A stretch of 64,000 bases of DNA from Camelus ferus (lineage: Eukaryota). Below the pieces are notes generated by a model. It saw nothing but the letters and a program-made list of their open reading frames with translations, made no database searches and was not told where the DNA came from. Where the stretch lies: the NCBI RefSeq assembly GCF_009834535.1, contig NC_045696.1, positions 34,474,001 to 34,538,000 of the forward strand. The letters are read 5' to 3'. The translations under genes and the position numbers were made by a program. Below, piece by piece: positions 1-12,634 of the stretch. Every line of letters starts with the position of its first letter. Positions within the stretch are counted from its first letter, which is position 1.

Positions 1-700
1 TCCTAAAAGAGGGGATAGACGGTGAATTGCAAGTTTATATTTTTATCTATTATGTTTTCATTTTTGTGGATGTTTCAAAGTATAAAATCTGAACCCAGCA
101 ATGACTTTTTCTTTTAAGCTTGATTTTCTTTTCTGTTATATTTTCCTATTAATCCAAATATTTAAATATTAGCTATTCCTCTTGCCATACTGATACAAAA
201 ATGACTCCTATTATAAACGCATGCATGCTTTAGGAATATTCTGTTCTTTCCCCTGTTCTTATATGTCATAAGCAAAACGTTTGGAAGCTCAAGTTGGGTA
301 ACTGACTTCTTATATTGTATTTTCCATTGAGTAATCAATGAGCTAGAGTTTTATATGTACACTATTAAACCTGAGCCAAAACTTTAAATGTATTTGCTTT
401 CTGAACATCTTCCCATTGATGGAAAATAATATATAGTGGTTATTATCTTTAGTTAAAAAAAAAAAGACATGAAAAACCACAAGTTTCTTTAAACAATTTT
501 AATAGCAATTGTCCATACTATAGAAAATATTCAAACATGAATTTTAATACTCCATGAAATATGAAAGTCTACTCAGTTTGTTGCTATTAAAAGGGTAATA
601 AAAATAAATGTATGCTGGAATTTGATGTTGGTTAGCCCCAAAACACAATAAAATGTGAAATAAACCATATTCTTCAAATAATGAATGTTGGCTTTCACTT
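1..700 (+). other. AT-rich segment with clustered AATAAA signals; possible 3' UTR end of an upstream plus-strand gene (HTR1F by synteny)
   Basis: AATAAA at 597, 603, 647 and 659; no recognisable repeats. Human gene order is HTR1F(+), CGGBP1(-), ZNF654(+). No HTR1F coding sequence is visible, so the identity is inferred. Confidence 0.3.
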
Positions 701-1581
701 GATCATTTCAAACTATTCGATAGCATTCTATTTAAAAACAACAAAGGAAGAATAAAAATATGAAGCAGACATGAATTTTAAGTGTCCAAGTGTCTTTCCA
801 TAGTGTTTGTGGATGCCCAAGTCTCCCTATGTGACAATATAACCTACAGTAACTTCTCTTCTGGTTCTTCAGTTCACTCAAAGAATTTACAAAGAATTTA
901 AACTTTATGTAGAACAAGAACGATTCCTTTTATTTTTCTGAATTAAAAAAAAAACAGTAAAAGGTAGTTACTGAAATACTGTTACTAAGTAATGTTCAAG
1001 TGCAAATGGAAAAGAAGGGTGGGATTTTCTTCATCCCTGCATTATGTTTTGAGTTCCAGTCTTTTAAGAACAGTTTTGAGTGTAATCCTGCTGAATTACG
1101 TGTTAGATTTTGAGAAACCACTTCTTTCAACTTTTCCCTCTCAAAATAAATCTGGATAGAGACGAATTGAAAAGAATGTTGGCCCTTAAAGTGGACAAGA
1201 AGAAAAGGTTATAGTGCCAGTTAAATAAAACATATTTGCACATATTCCATAGAGAAAGATACATATTCATTAGTTACTAAGGGAACTACATTAGAAGGAA
1301 ACAACAGAGAAATAGAAACAAACATTTGCATCTATTCCCAAATGTTTGTGAATAGGTAATCATACTTCCTTGAGAGATGTAAGTTTGGTTGGTTTTATTT
1401 GGTTCTTTGTTTCTCCTCCTCCTCCCCTCTCTCCTTTCCCTCGGTCTGTTGCTTATAGATCAATTTAGTATACACAGCTGCGTTTTAGATAGCGGAGCTT
1501 TCGAAAGTTTCTACAACTTGCTTGCTGCGGTGTTAAATGGCACCTGGAGCCACCTGTGCAAAGAGGCGCCCACAGCCACAC

Positions 1582-1595
1582 CTGCCCCCTAGCGT
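1582..1595 (-). promoter_or_regulatory. CTCF-like motif within a small CpG-rich patch
   Basis: Minus strand ACGCTAGGGGGCAG versus core consensus CC(A/G)C(C/T)AG(G/A)(G/T)GGC(G/A)(C/G): one mismatch. Confidence 0.5.
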
Positions 1596-2299
1596 TCGCT
1601 TTAGGAGTTGGCCTCCTTCAGAGAAGATCGCGGGCTTGGAGTCTGGAGCTTGCGCAGTCACAGGAGCCCCGAGAGTGCCCTTGAGTACCCTGACCTCTGC
1701 GCTCTGCGCCCGCCGCTGGGTTCTGGCAGAACTAATTTGACTGTATAAAGACCAGAAAGACCGGCAGTTTTCTTCAACTACTCAGCTTACTGGTAATGAT
1801 TTTGCCACTCGGTGGATCTCCTTGTTGGGTCTTTAGAGCAAACTGTTTTGTACTTTTGTCAGCCTAACTCAGCTAAGTTTAACTTTGTGATACCGACACA
1901 ACTGGAATACCTCGTTTGCCTGTTTGAAGATACAGGTGCTCAAATCACGTCTTGACACTGGTCTTAAAAGAGAATAGAATTTTCCAATTGACCCCCCCCC
2001 CCTAAAGAGGTGAAAGAATGCCTTATTCAGGAATAGGAGTTACAGCGTGAGTTTTTCTATATACTTTTCCAAGTGTTTGTGGAAAGAATAAGACAAAGTG
2101 TTTTTTAGAGATAACGCAGGGAATGAGATTTGGATAAATTTCCTCTTCTGGAAAAACTGCCATAGAACTTTTAAGAATCCCCCCCCCCCTTTCTTTTCTG
2201 TTTTCTTTCTTTCTTTTTTCTTTAAGTGAGCTGCAGTTTAAGTATGGTGGCTCTTAAATTTGGATTTGTTATCCTCCTTGGCGTTCACTGGAGTTCCTG

Positions 2300-3500
2300 C
2301 CTCTCATGCTCTTTTTCTTTCAGCAGTTGTGAAAAGTCTCAATCAGCATCTTCAAACATAGCGCCTACACCATGCTCGCTCCCTCGCACACGCTGTCTCT
2401 CTCCTTCTGGAATTACAATTAGGTACGTGTTAGACCATCTTCTTCTGTCCTTCGTGTCTCTTTCATATTTTCTACTTCTTGTATCTCTGGATTTAAGTTA
2501 TAAACAATTTGGTGTCAAAAATCCATTGAGTTTTAAATTTCTGTTAATTTTTCAATTCTAGAAGTGTTGGGGTTTTTTTTAACAACTATTTGTTCTTATG
2601 ATTGTTATGCCTTTTTACATTTTGAAACATTTTCAGCAAATTTTTTATTTCTTCTGTACGACAATTCCTGTATCTGAAGACGTTTGAGCCACAATGTTAT
2701 TTATGCTTGCTTTTATTCATGGAACCTTGTTTCCCTGTGTGTTCATTGAATTCTACTTTTTTTTTTTTTAACTTCGAGCTCTCATTTTTATTTGAACTTT
2801 GTCTATGGAAATACTTTGAGGCTTGGGATGAAGGTGGATTCTTCCACGGGAGAATTAGCCTTTGTTTCTGTGAGCGTTAGTGGACGTTATCTGTGCTGTT
2901 ATCAATTTAAGGGAAATTACCTGTTGACTTGAGGAGGTGTGGTGTGTGTATGTGTGTGTGTGTGGTGGGGGGTAATACCATGTGATGTGTATTCAGGATA
3001 CAAACTTAAACAGAAGCCAGATTGTGGTTATGAATTTTCAGGAAAAATCCTTTTCCACGTCTAATCAGAATCCAGTTTCTAAATTCATGTTTCAAGATGG
3101 GCAATTTTCTTTCCCCTCCCCACGCCCCCACCCCAGTTCCAGAGTGGTGTCAGGGCATATTTCTAGTTCATTGTTAAACTGGAAGTATAACACTCTGGGT
3201 ATAGTTTTATTTAAAAGGGGTCTCCTAATATAACCCCTAACTTGAGTGGGATCTGGGCTTTGGCTACCATCCCTGAAACCTTAAAAGTCAATGCTTGAGA
3301 TCGTCTAAACTCAGCAGACGCCATTAAGGCAAAAACAAAACAAAACAAAACAAAAAAACAAAAAACAAACAAACAAAAAAACCTCAGTGCTTTACGTACC
3401 TCCTGGAGTTCCTGCCTTTAGCTTACTTTTTAGCCTAAGTGGTATTAACCTTTTTTGTAGTGTTTGCATGCATTTAAGATTTTAAAAATAGTTTTGCTCA
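2300..3500 (-). mobile_element. Ancient L1 (L1M-type) ORF1/5' region fragments
   Basis: Antisense L1 ORF1-like text (ctccttctggaattacaattaggtacgtgttagacc...), T-rich and heavily diverged. Confidence 0.5.
3331..3381. repeat. (CAAAA)n/(CAAA)n simple repeat
   Basis: Seen directly. Confidence 0.9.
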
Positions 3501-3904
3501 GCAGGTTTAGTTGTTGTCAGCGATTAGGGACAGTTCAGGTACTTAGTTCATCATATTACCAGTAATGAAAGTAAAGTTGCCTTAAATTTGCTTTTTCTTG
3601 TGCATTCATTATAGTTATCTCAAGCCTTTGCTCCATTTTTATTATATATTTTTCCCTTGCTGTTTCTGGTATTACGGTTTATGTGTTACATCTACAATTA
3701 TGGGTCAGTTCTCAAGATTGTTTTCTTAGCTCTGAAATCTCCTTTTAACTTTTAAATTCTAATCATCTTGGTTTTTAGCTCTTTTTCACTGAATCATTCA
3801 TTTTGATACTACGTGATTGCACAGCATAAAACACTTGGGGACCCCTGCCTCTGTAGTTTGAGCTACACTTACTTCCAGACTTTTGCATATTGTGAAACAC
3901 GTCT

Positions 3905-3992
3905 CTCTTCCTTTCTTCCTTATTTCCTTCCTTCCTTCTATTTTTCTTTCCTCCCTCCCTTCCTTTCTTTCTTCCTTCCTTTTTCTTCTTTT
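3905..3992. repeat. (TTCC)n/CT-rich simple repeat
   Basis: Seen directly; explains ORFs 3775-4068. Confidence 0.9.
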
Positions 3993-6900
3993 TCACTCTA
4001 TCATAGTTTCATATTTGCCGTGTGATTTATTTTTACTTCAGTCGTTATTTATCGTCCCGTACCGCTGAGCAATTTAACACAGTGCAGATTTTCCTTGAAT
4101 CACTTCCCATTTGACTCAGCGGGGCCTTCCCGCTCGGAGCGGGCGGAGGCGGCAGAGGTGTAGGCCGAGCCCGTGGGGGGTGGGGGGTTGGGGGGCCCTG
4201 CTGGGAGGAGCGCTCCGGGGCTGTAGGTCTGGCGTCGGAGTTATTTTCTGAGCTTCTGCCATGAGTGGATTCTTGGTTTGGCTGTCAATCCAACACCTCA
4301 CCATTCCATTTAAGATAGTAAGCCTATCGGCCCTTCTTATCACTGATGAATTCTCAGGTTAAGGTTGTATTTTTGTGGGTCTCTCCTTCACTTTTTTCAG
4401 GACTACCTACTTAACAGATAATATATATATATATGTCTTTAAGGATAATGTGCATAAAGCAGAAGTAGTTATTCTGTATAAATTGTTACTACTTATGGAA
4501 GAAAACACAAGTAGGAATGAAATACAAGATAATTATTTTTGTTGGCGAGGTGGTAATTCTGGGCGCCTGATGAATGTGATGACCTGCTGGGGGAGCCAGG
4601 GTTCTCAGACTCTAGAGGCAGTGAGCAGGTCCTGGTTGTCTGGAAGAAAGATCTAGAAGTGCCAAAAATAAATTTGACTACTTCTTTTTCACTAACAAGC
4701 AGCCCAGTGCTTATTTTTACTTAAACGAAAAAAGCCACAAAAATCTCCCTTGTGTCAATAAAATCTTTCAGTGTTGACTTTAAATAATGTGAACTAACGT
4801 TCATGCTTTATTCCTAATTGGCTGCTACTACAGCGAGCCTTAAGTTTAAAGCACAGGGATTTGCACTACTGTTTGCTGCCCTCTTTAGGCTGATTTAAAA
4901 CTTGCAGATATACTGGAATTCTGGAAAAAAAACAAAATCCCCTATGTTCCAATATAGATGTACATTTCTTGAACTTGAAGCAAGAATATGCTCATGAAAT
5001 CTCATAAAGAATTTTTATTTCTGCTGCACAGACGCCACATCAATGGAAACCAATACTTGTTAGATAATTGAGAAATATGGACCTCCTTTGAGGAGTTTAG
5101 CATTAAAAGGAAGAGAAATATGCTTGAGGTGGAAGTTTTGTGTTGACTTGATTTTGATTCTTAAATCACAGTGAAGTTCAACATACAGGTCAATATGTGA
5201 AATATTACTTGATACTTTTATTCCCCTGCATTTTCTTTCATTAGTTGACCTTCCCTTGTTCAAGGAAATTCTCTGGAATAAGTGATATTGGCCTTCAAGT
5301 TCAGAAGCCTTGATGTAAGTGTAACTGAGAAGGAAGTTAGAAGCATACTTGTCCCATTCCGTCTCTCCAATGATTAAGTTTCAGAGTATGGGAGCAGATA
5401 ATAAAAGCTCCAGAATATATTGAGGGGATTCTGAAAGTGAAAGGTTTCTGAGCCTACTTTCTGCTAGGATCCTGAGCAGCTAAGAATTCCCCCAGAATTT
5501 TCTGCTTAAGAAAAGTACAGTACAAGTCACTTAGATATGGTTGCAGAGGATGTGGAGGCAGAAATGGGGCTGATGCAGGCCCCTGTGGTGGTGACGAGTT
5601 CTTCCCAAAGGCCCCAGAGGCAGAAGTGGGAGAGACAGGGAGAGGGAAGGAGGGAGGGCACAGGGAAGGAGAATTTGTCTTGCAGGGGCCCTTAGGGGCA
5701 CAGGAATATAGGAAGACAGGATGGCAGGGCAGACCACATCTTGGTTGCAATCACATCTTGATGTTGCCGGCATGGAGAAAGAACGCATGAGGACCTTGTA
5801 ACATGAGTTACATTTCAAAGATTATGACATAGCATTGGAACAGATGAAACAAGAGAAGATGTGCTTTCCCAAACCTAGGAAGAAAGAGGGTGGTGGCGGG
5901 CAGAATCTGAATTTGAATAAAGCATGAAATACTCAGAAATCCCCGGAGCAATAATCGAGCTTTATCCTTTGGAAGAATGGGGTCTTAAGATAGAGATTTC
6001 ATCTGGTTGTTAGAAAAACAAAGTTACATTTTTCATACCAGCATTTGGATTGAAAAAGAAAAAATTAAAAAGTGAAAATTCAAAAGAAGGTTCTGAAGAA
6101 ATCTCACCAGTGCTGGGACTTGCCATCCCTCCGTCCTTCACTGGCATCTTACTCCCTGTTCACACTCGGTGTCAGTTTCTCCTTTTCTCTTCTACCTCTA
6201 ACCCCACTCTTAGTTTGGGTAACTTTCCCCAACTAAAAAGAAAGCAGCAGAAGGGCACGGATTGTATCCCTTTTGTTTATTATTTGTCCCCTAGTGGTAC
6301 CTAGGAGTACCTAGAATGGGTCCTGGCTCATGGTACAAGCTCAATAAATAATCATTAAAATGAAATGATTTTTTTTTTAATTAGACGACTAAAGCTTAGA
6401 TGAGAAACCAGTCTTTTGTGAGAAATGCAGAATTAAGGCATAGTATTACTCTCACCCTTTCCTTCTCATTAATGAGCTATGAATAAGTTTTGTGGATACT
6501 TAACTTGGTTTGTGGAAGTTCCTTGGACCCAGCTTGGAAATTATGAGAGTCACCATTTGTCAACACCAAGGACTGGCAGGTTTTATCTATCCTTTTCTTA
6601 GAATTATATCTTAAATGGTAACATTAACTCTTTTCCCTTTTGAATGTCCCTCTCATCTTCGATCTCTCTAGCTTAGTGTCCCTAGGAAGAGAGAGAGGGG
6701 TCAGAGATGTATTCATGAAGCACAGAAATATGAGGACAAGCTCCAAATTAGCTTAGTATTTCAAACAAACATTGTTGTTTGCTGCCCCTTACTGGTAAGA
6801 TAATAAAATTGCTAAATTATATTTTAAAAGTGTAGTTCTTGGCACTGAAAACAGATTTCATAGGAAATAGCTCCTTTATCACACACACACAAAATTATAC

Positions 6901-7029
6901 AAGTGAATTGTCTCAAATACTGAACACCATGTGGGAAGCATTACTTAACTGAAAGCAGTTTTCTGGCCTTCAAATTGGCTAATTGTGGAGAAAAGGTAAA
7001 CAAGAGAAGTACTGAAACAAACCCTCTCT

Positions 7030-7350
7030 GTGTGTGGTGCTCTCCCTTGCTTGAAAACTTGGAAGTTCTCATTGGCAACAGATACTGTCAATTGACTTCC
7101 TTGAAGTGACAAGCTCATTTCATCCACTTTTGAAGAAATACCTGCCAGATGCCCATGCCCACGGCTGGATAACCATGGTTTGTCTGCCAGTCACTCTTTC
7201 AAGTAAAAATGGCGCTCCAGGAAATGCAGCAGCTAATTCAGATTGCAGCCTTAACTAGAGCCCAGGTGCTTTTCTCCAGAAGACCATCATTAATACATCA
7301 TGGTTCAGCAAAAGTGCTCTGTGCACACGTCCCACCTTATCGCACAGAAC
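7030..7350 (-). mobile_element. hAT-Charlie (Charlie1-like) transposase remnant
   Basis: Minus ORF 'MDEMSLSLQGSQLTVSVANENFQVFK' resembles the Charlie transposase segment 'MNEVSLSLQGKQLTVFVANDKI'; flanking DNA resembles Charlie1. Confidence 0.7.
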
Positions 7351-8239
7351 TTTGGAAAGGAGCAGGACTGAACCGGGGAAAACAGTGCAGAGCCCAGAGG
7401 GCTTTCAGGGCGTGGGGGTTGGGCCTCTGAATGCAGAGCCAGCAGCTCTGCCCTGGTCTCTGTTAATGGTTAACAACCCAGGGATTCATTCCAGCTATTA
7501 GAGTAATGTTCTGTTTCCAGGGCCAGGTTGGCTAGCCATTGGGGGGGGGGGGGACGACTGCGGGGGGGACTTTAGTTTGGGCATGAAATGGCTGTGGTTT
7601 TACCAAGGAGGCGATCCAGAACTGTAGGTTAACTGTAGGTTAACCATCTACTCCATGGTTTTCATTGCTGTATGTTCAGAAAACTGCATAGCTCCTGGCG
7701 CTGGGCTGAGATAAGCAGCCCCAAGCAGTGTACTGAAAGGACCTCATTGTTGGTAAACAGGCAGACAAGATTACGGATAAGCCGACAATGCTGAAAAGCT
7801 AGTCTGAAAGGTAAGGCAATGTTGAAAATGGGAAGTGAACCACTGAAGCCAGAAGTCAGGATAGGGGACAGCAGACAGACGGAGGAAGCAGTTGAAGAAT
7901 CCATTTGTGCAAAAGCTGAAGAAATAAAAGCCTCCAACAGCACAGGAGTTCTGGCAGTCACTTCTGTGGTGCCTGAGAAGTGACATGGGACTTAACGGCA
8001 GCTCCCTAAAGAAACTGTGCATTGCTGAAGAGGACAGCTGGGCAGGAAAAAAAGCTACCTGAAGCTGAAAGGAAACAAGATCAGAAAAAGTGGCCCCGGG
8101 AAGGGAGCTAAGACCCAGATGGTAATTCCTAGCAGAGACATGGCAGATCCTGTATGGTTTCAGATACACGTGCGCAGTGTCCTCCCCACCACTGCTCTCC
8201 CCTGCCCTTTGCAGGGAGCGACTGGAAAGAACACTCCCT

Positions 8240-8480
8240 TCTGCTCATTTTCAGCCAGTGCACTCAGACTTCACCATCCACACTCCACCAAGAAATTGTA
8301 AAGGTCACCAGTGACTTCCCAACTGAAAAATCCTAGAAACTTACTTACTTTAATCCTCGTTTCGCAACTTCATTTTCATCAAGCCTCTTCTCAAAAGTCT
8401 TCTCTCAAAAGAGAGGCCTTTCCTGCTTCCCCCTAATAAAATGGTGCTCATTGTCATACTGTCGCTTTTCCCCACATTTA
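8240..8480 (+). mobile_element. L2 fragment (left half; resumes at about 14780-14900)
   Basis: aaggtcaccagtgacttcc and gagaggcctttcctg are L2-like motifs. Confidence 0.55.
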
Positions 8481-8704
8481 CTGTAGGCAATTCCAGATAT
8501 AGAAAAGTCAGCAGAACAGCTTCAGCAGCTGCCTAATCCATGGGCAAACTTATTTCATCTAATTCCACATCTACTTTCCCCTCCTACACTATTTTGAAGT
8601 AATTCCCAGACATCGAATCTTTTCATCTATAAATGCTTCATCTGTATCTCTACCAAATTAAACAATTGTAATGCCATTATTACAACTGAAAACAAGATAA
8701 TACA

Positions 8705-9328
8705 TCTTGGTATATATGCAATGGAATATTATTCAGCCATGAGAAAAGAGGAAATCTTACCATTTGCAACTGCATGGATGGACCTTGAAAATGTCATGCT
8801 AAGTGAAATAAGTCAGAGAAAGACAAACACTGTATAATCTCACTTATGTGTGGAATCTAAGAGAGAAAGTGTGGAGAAGAGTGAGAGAGAAAGTGTGGAG
8901 AAGAGTGAGAGAGAAGAAACAAAACTCAGAGAGAGATCTGACTTGTGGTTACCAAAGGCACAGGGTGGCAGGAGAGTGAGTTGGAGGAAGGTGGTCAAAA
9001 GTACAAGTTTCCAGTTATAAAATAAATAAGTACTAGGGATGTAATGCACAATATGATGGCTGTAGCTAACACTGCCATGTGATATATAAGAAAGTCATTA
9101 AGAGAGTAACTCCTGAGATTTCTCGTCATAATGAGAATTTTTCTTCCTTTTTCCTTTTCTTCTGTTTTTTTTTTTTTTTCCTTTTATGGCATCTATATGA
9201 GAAGATGGATGTTAGCTGAACCTACTGTGGTAATTGCTTCACAATATATGTAACTCAAACCATCATATTGCATGCCTTAAACTCACACACTGATGTTTTG
9301 TCAATTATTTCTCAGTAAAACTGGAAAA
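8705..9328 (+). mobile_element. L1 3' end (L1MA/MB-type)
   Basis: atggaatattattcagccatgagaaaagaggaaatcttaccatttgcaactgcatggatggaccttg...atgctaagtgaaataagtcag...tcaattatttctcagtaaaactgg. Confidence 0.85.
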
Positions 9329-9329
9329 C

Positions 9330-9980
9330 ATTTCATCTTTAATATAGGAAGTAGTGTTCAAATTGGCAATTTACTTATGAATATCATTTTCTTCCTAGTT
9401 TGATCAATATTTAAATAAGATATATAACTGATTTGTTGAGAAGTTTCTTAATTCTCTTGTAATCTGTAAATTCCTTCTTGGTCTCCCTCCCCTGCCTTTT
9501 ACCCTGCAGTCTGTCTATTGAAGAAAGCTTGCTCATTTGTTCTAGATGGTTTTCCACTCTGGAACTTGCTGATGAGTTTGATTACTACATTCCTCTTGTC
9601 TTCCGTATTTCCTATGACGTGGCGGTTGGATCACACGAGGTTTTCTTCATGAAATGGCGTCGTAGGGGTTGTGTTCTTTCAACAGAAAGTATGCTGTCTG
9701 CTTTAGTGATGTAGGCAGAAATTGGTGGGTACCTCCTAGATCTATTAATGCACTAGGAGTTACAAAATGATAAATTCCAATTCTGTTGTTCTATCTTAAT
9801 TTATTAACTGGAATATTACTATAAAGAGAAACTCCCCCTCATCAACTTTTTGGTTATTTAGCAATAGATTTCATATAGAAAAGACAGGATAAATGCTGGG
9901 TTGGCTTCCCTTTTTTTAAATTAAATTTCAGAATAACGAGTTCACTAGCATCCTGTAGCAGTTACCAGGTAGGGTTTTTA
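9330..9980 (-). mobile_element. L1MC-type 3' region, antisense (further pieces at about 8480-8700, 14010-14090 and 14530-14680)
   Basis: Resembles L1MC4/5 3' UTR; split by later insertions. Confidence 0.55.
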
Positions 9981-12239
9981 TTTATCTCAGTTAGCTATTG
10001 TTGAGTGAAAAACTCACCCATTCTCCACCCCTACAAACTCAATAGCTTAAAACAATAAAGCACTTCTGCTTCAGGCCATGATGGAGAAACAAGGCCCAGA
10101 TTACCCTTCTGCCTAAAATAATTCTTAAAAAATACAAAATACATTAAAAAAAACAATTTGTAAGATACTGGACATTAGACCACAAAGGATAGTTATGTCT
10201 GAGAGACAGGGAACAAGCAAGGTAAGCTCAGTGAGTGCCCCACTGTACTGACTTGAGGGAATTTAGAGGCTGTGTATGGGGAGGGAAAGCTGAGGCAGAT
10301 CCCAGCACACTTCCTGAGTTGAGGAGATTCAACTACAATTTTAGTGAATCCAAAGAAGCTAGAGATCATGGGACACAGTACCAGAGAAGAGAGCTGTTCA
10401 TAGGGAGAACTGTGGAGATAAGCAGAGGGACATCCTCAAGTGTCACTGAGTACTGATTAGCACATGCATGTGAGGAAACTACCTGCGACAGAAGAAGAAC
10501 CAGCAGAAAAGATGAGCAGCAGCAGTGCTCAGCACTCACACAGGGCCACAGGGAGTGCCTGTCCTCACCAGCCAGAATGGAAAACCCATGACTCATAAAG
10601 CACTAGGAATAGTACATGGAAGGGCCTTATCTCACCAGTAGAGAGTACTTAGCACTGGACTAAGCACTGAGCTGGTCTCACCTAAGAATCTTAAATTCAA
10701 GAGTTGAAAAGTCAAATTATTTTCAGGTTACATAACTGTAACCCAGACAAAGCTCAAGAATTTTTATAAGAATGCAAAAAATATCCAGTACCCAACAAGG
10801 TAAAATTTATATTGTCTGATATCCAATAAAGTATTTTTAGGCATGGAAAGACTCAGGCGAATAAGACCCATTTTGATTAAGCCACTTAATCAAAACCCAT
10901 CCAGAATAGACATACATGTTAGAATTAGCAAACAAGAATATCAAACAATTTATTATAACTGTATTTCATACATTCAGAAAGTTAAGAAGAGGCATGAAAG
11001 ATATTAAAAAGACCCAAATCAAACTTTTATGATTAATGATTAAATGATTAAATGATTTAATGCATTAAAATTGCAATGTGTGAAATGAAACTGTTGAATG
11101 TGATTAATGGCAGATTAGAGATTTCAAAACTTAAAATTAGTAAAACTTGAAGATACAGCAATTTAAGAACTATTTAAAATAAATCAGAGAAGAAGTAATT
11201 TTTAAAAAGTGAACAAAGCTGTGAGCTGTGGCACAATTTAAGCATACTAATCTGCATGCACTTGTAGTCCCTGAAAACTATAAAGCCACAGATTCATAAG
11301 CTCAACAAACCCCAAGCACAAGAATCGTGAATAAAAATATCCCAAGGCACATCATAATCAAACTGCTTAAAACCAGAGTAATCTTAAAAGCAACTAGACA
11401 AAAAATACACAATATATACAGAGGGGAAAAAATTCAGATGACAGCAGATTTCCTGTCAGAAACAATGCAAGTAAGAAGACAATGGAAGTGCTGAAGAAAA
11501 AAGTGTCAATTCAATACTCAGGAAAAAATGTTTCAAAAATGAAGGTAAAATAAAGACATCTTCAGAAATACAAAAGCTGAAAGATCTCCAGTATATCCAC
11601 ACTATAAGAGATACTCAAGGAAATCCTTCAGTTAGAAGAAAAATGGTGGAAACATAATCTACAGGAAGGAATGAAGAACTCCAGAAATGGTAAATTCATT
11701 GGTAAATAAATGAGTGTTTCTTTATTATTTAAACCTTTTAAAAGATAATCGATTATTTAAACAAAAATAGTAACAATGTAGTATGGAGTTTATAACAGAC
11801 AAAGTATGTAACAATAATGAAAAAAACAAAAAAACAAAAACAAACAACAACAACAAAAAAAACAACATGATGACCACAATAAGTCAAAGGTCAGGAGAGG
11901 AGAAAAAGAAGAATATACTATTGTGAGGTTCTCTTGCTATAAAGATAGGCTGATAAAGTAAAGGTGTATACTATAAAACCTAAAGCAGCCACTAAAATAA
12001 CAAAACAATGTTATAGCTAATAAGGAAACAAAGGAAATAAAATTATATAAAATAAACCAAATGAAGGAAGAAAAAGAGCAGATCAGTAAAATGGAAAGAC
12101 CAGATGAATAAAATAGAAAAAAAAAAAATCAAGATGATAGATTTAAATCTACCCATACTAATCACGTTAAATGCAAATTATCTAAATACCCCAATTAAAA
12201 GAAAGAACTGTCAATCAAGACCCAACTCTACACTGCTTA

Positions 12240-12271
<32 letters not shown>

Positions 12272-12634
12272 AACCAACCACAGTTCAAATATAAAGATAC
12301 AATTAGGCTAAAAATAAAAGAATGGAAAGAGATATATCATGCTATTAATAATTAAAGAAGGTTAGAATGGCTATATTAATATCATACAAAGAGTTCAGAA
12401 CAAGGAGTTTTACCAGGGTAAAGAATGTCATTTTGCAATGATAAAATTGTCAATTTATCAAAAGGACAAAACATTCCTAAATGTTTAGTCACCTAATAGC
12501 AGAGCTTCAAAATACACGAAGCAAAAATGTATAGAACTGTAAGGAGAAGTAGGCAAGTCCACAAGTATATTTAGAGAGTTCAATACTGTTACCTTGATAT
12601 TTGATGGAACAAGTACGTGGAAAATCAGTCATTG

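Noticed and set aside
4875..4890. Second CTCF-like motif (CCTAAAGAGGGCAGC, minus strand)
   Set aside because: Mismatches at informative core positions; too weak to call
7030..7350. Charlie transposase remnant as the missing catalytic half of CGGBP1
   Set aside because: 36 kb away and a common eutherian repeat much younger than the CGGBP1 domestication; proximity is coincidental
8860..8912. 22-bp tandem duplication (also short tandem units at 7620-7644, 11029-11060 and 24578-24640) as a CRISPR-like or functional array
   Set aside because: Two or three adjacent copies with no spacers; ordinary slippage in a eukaryotic genome
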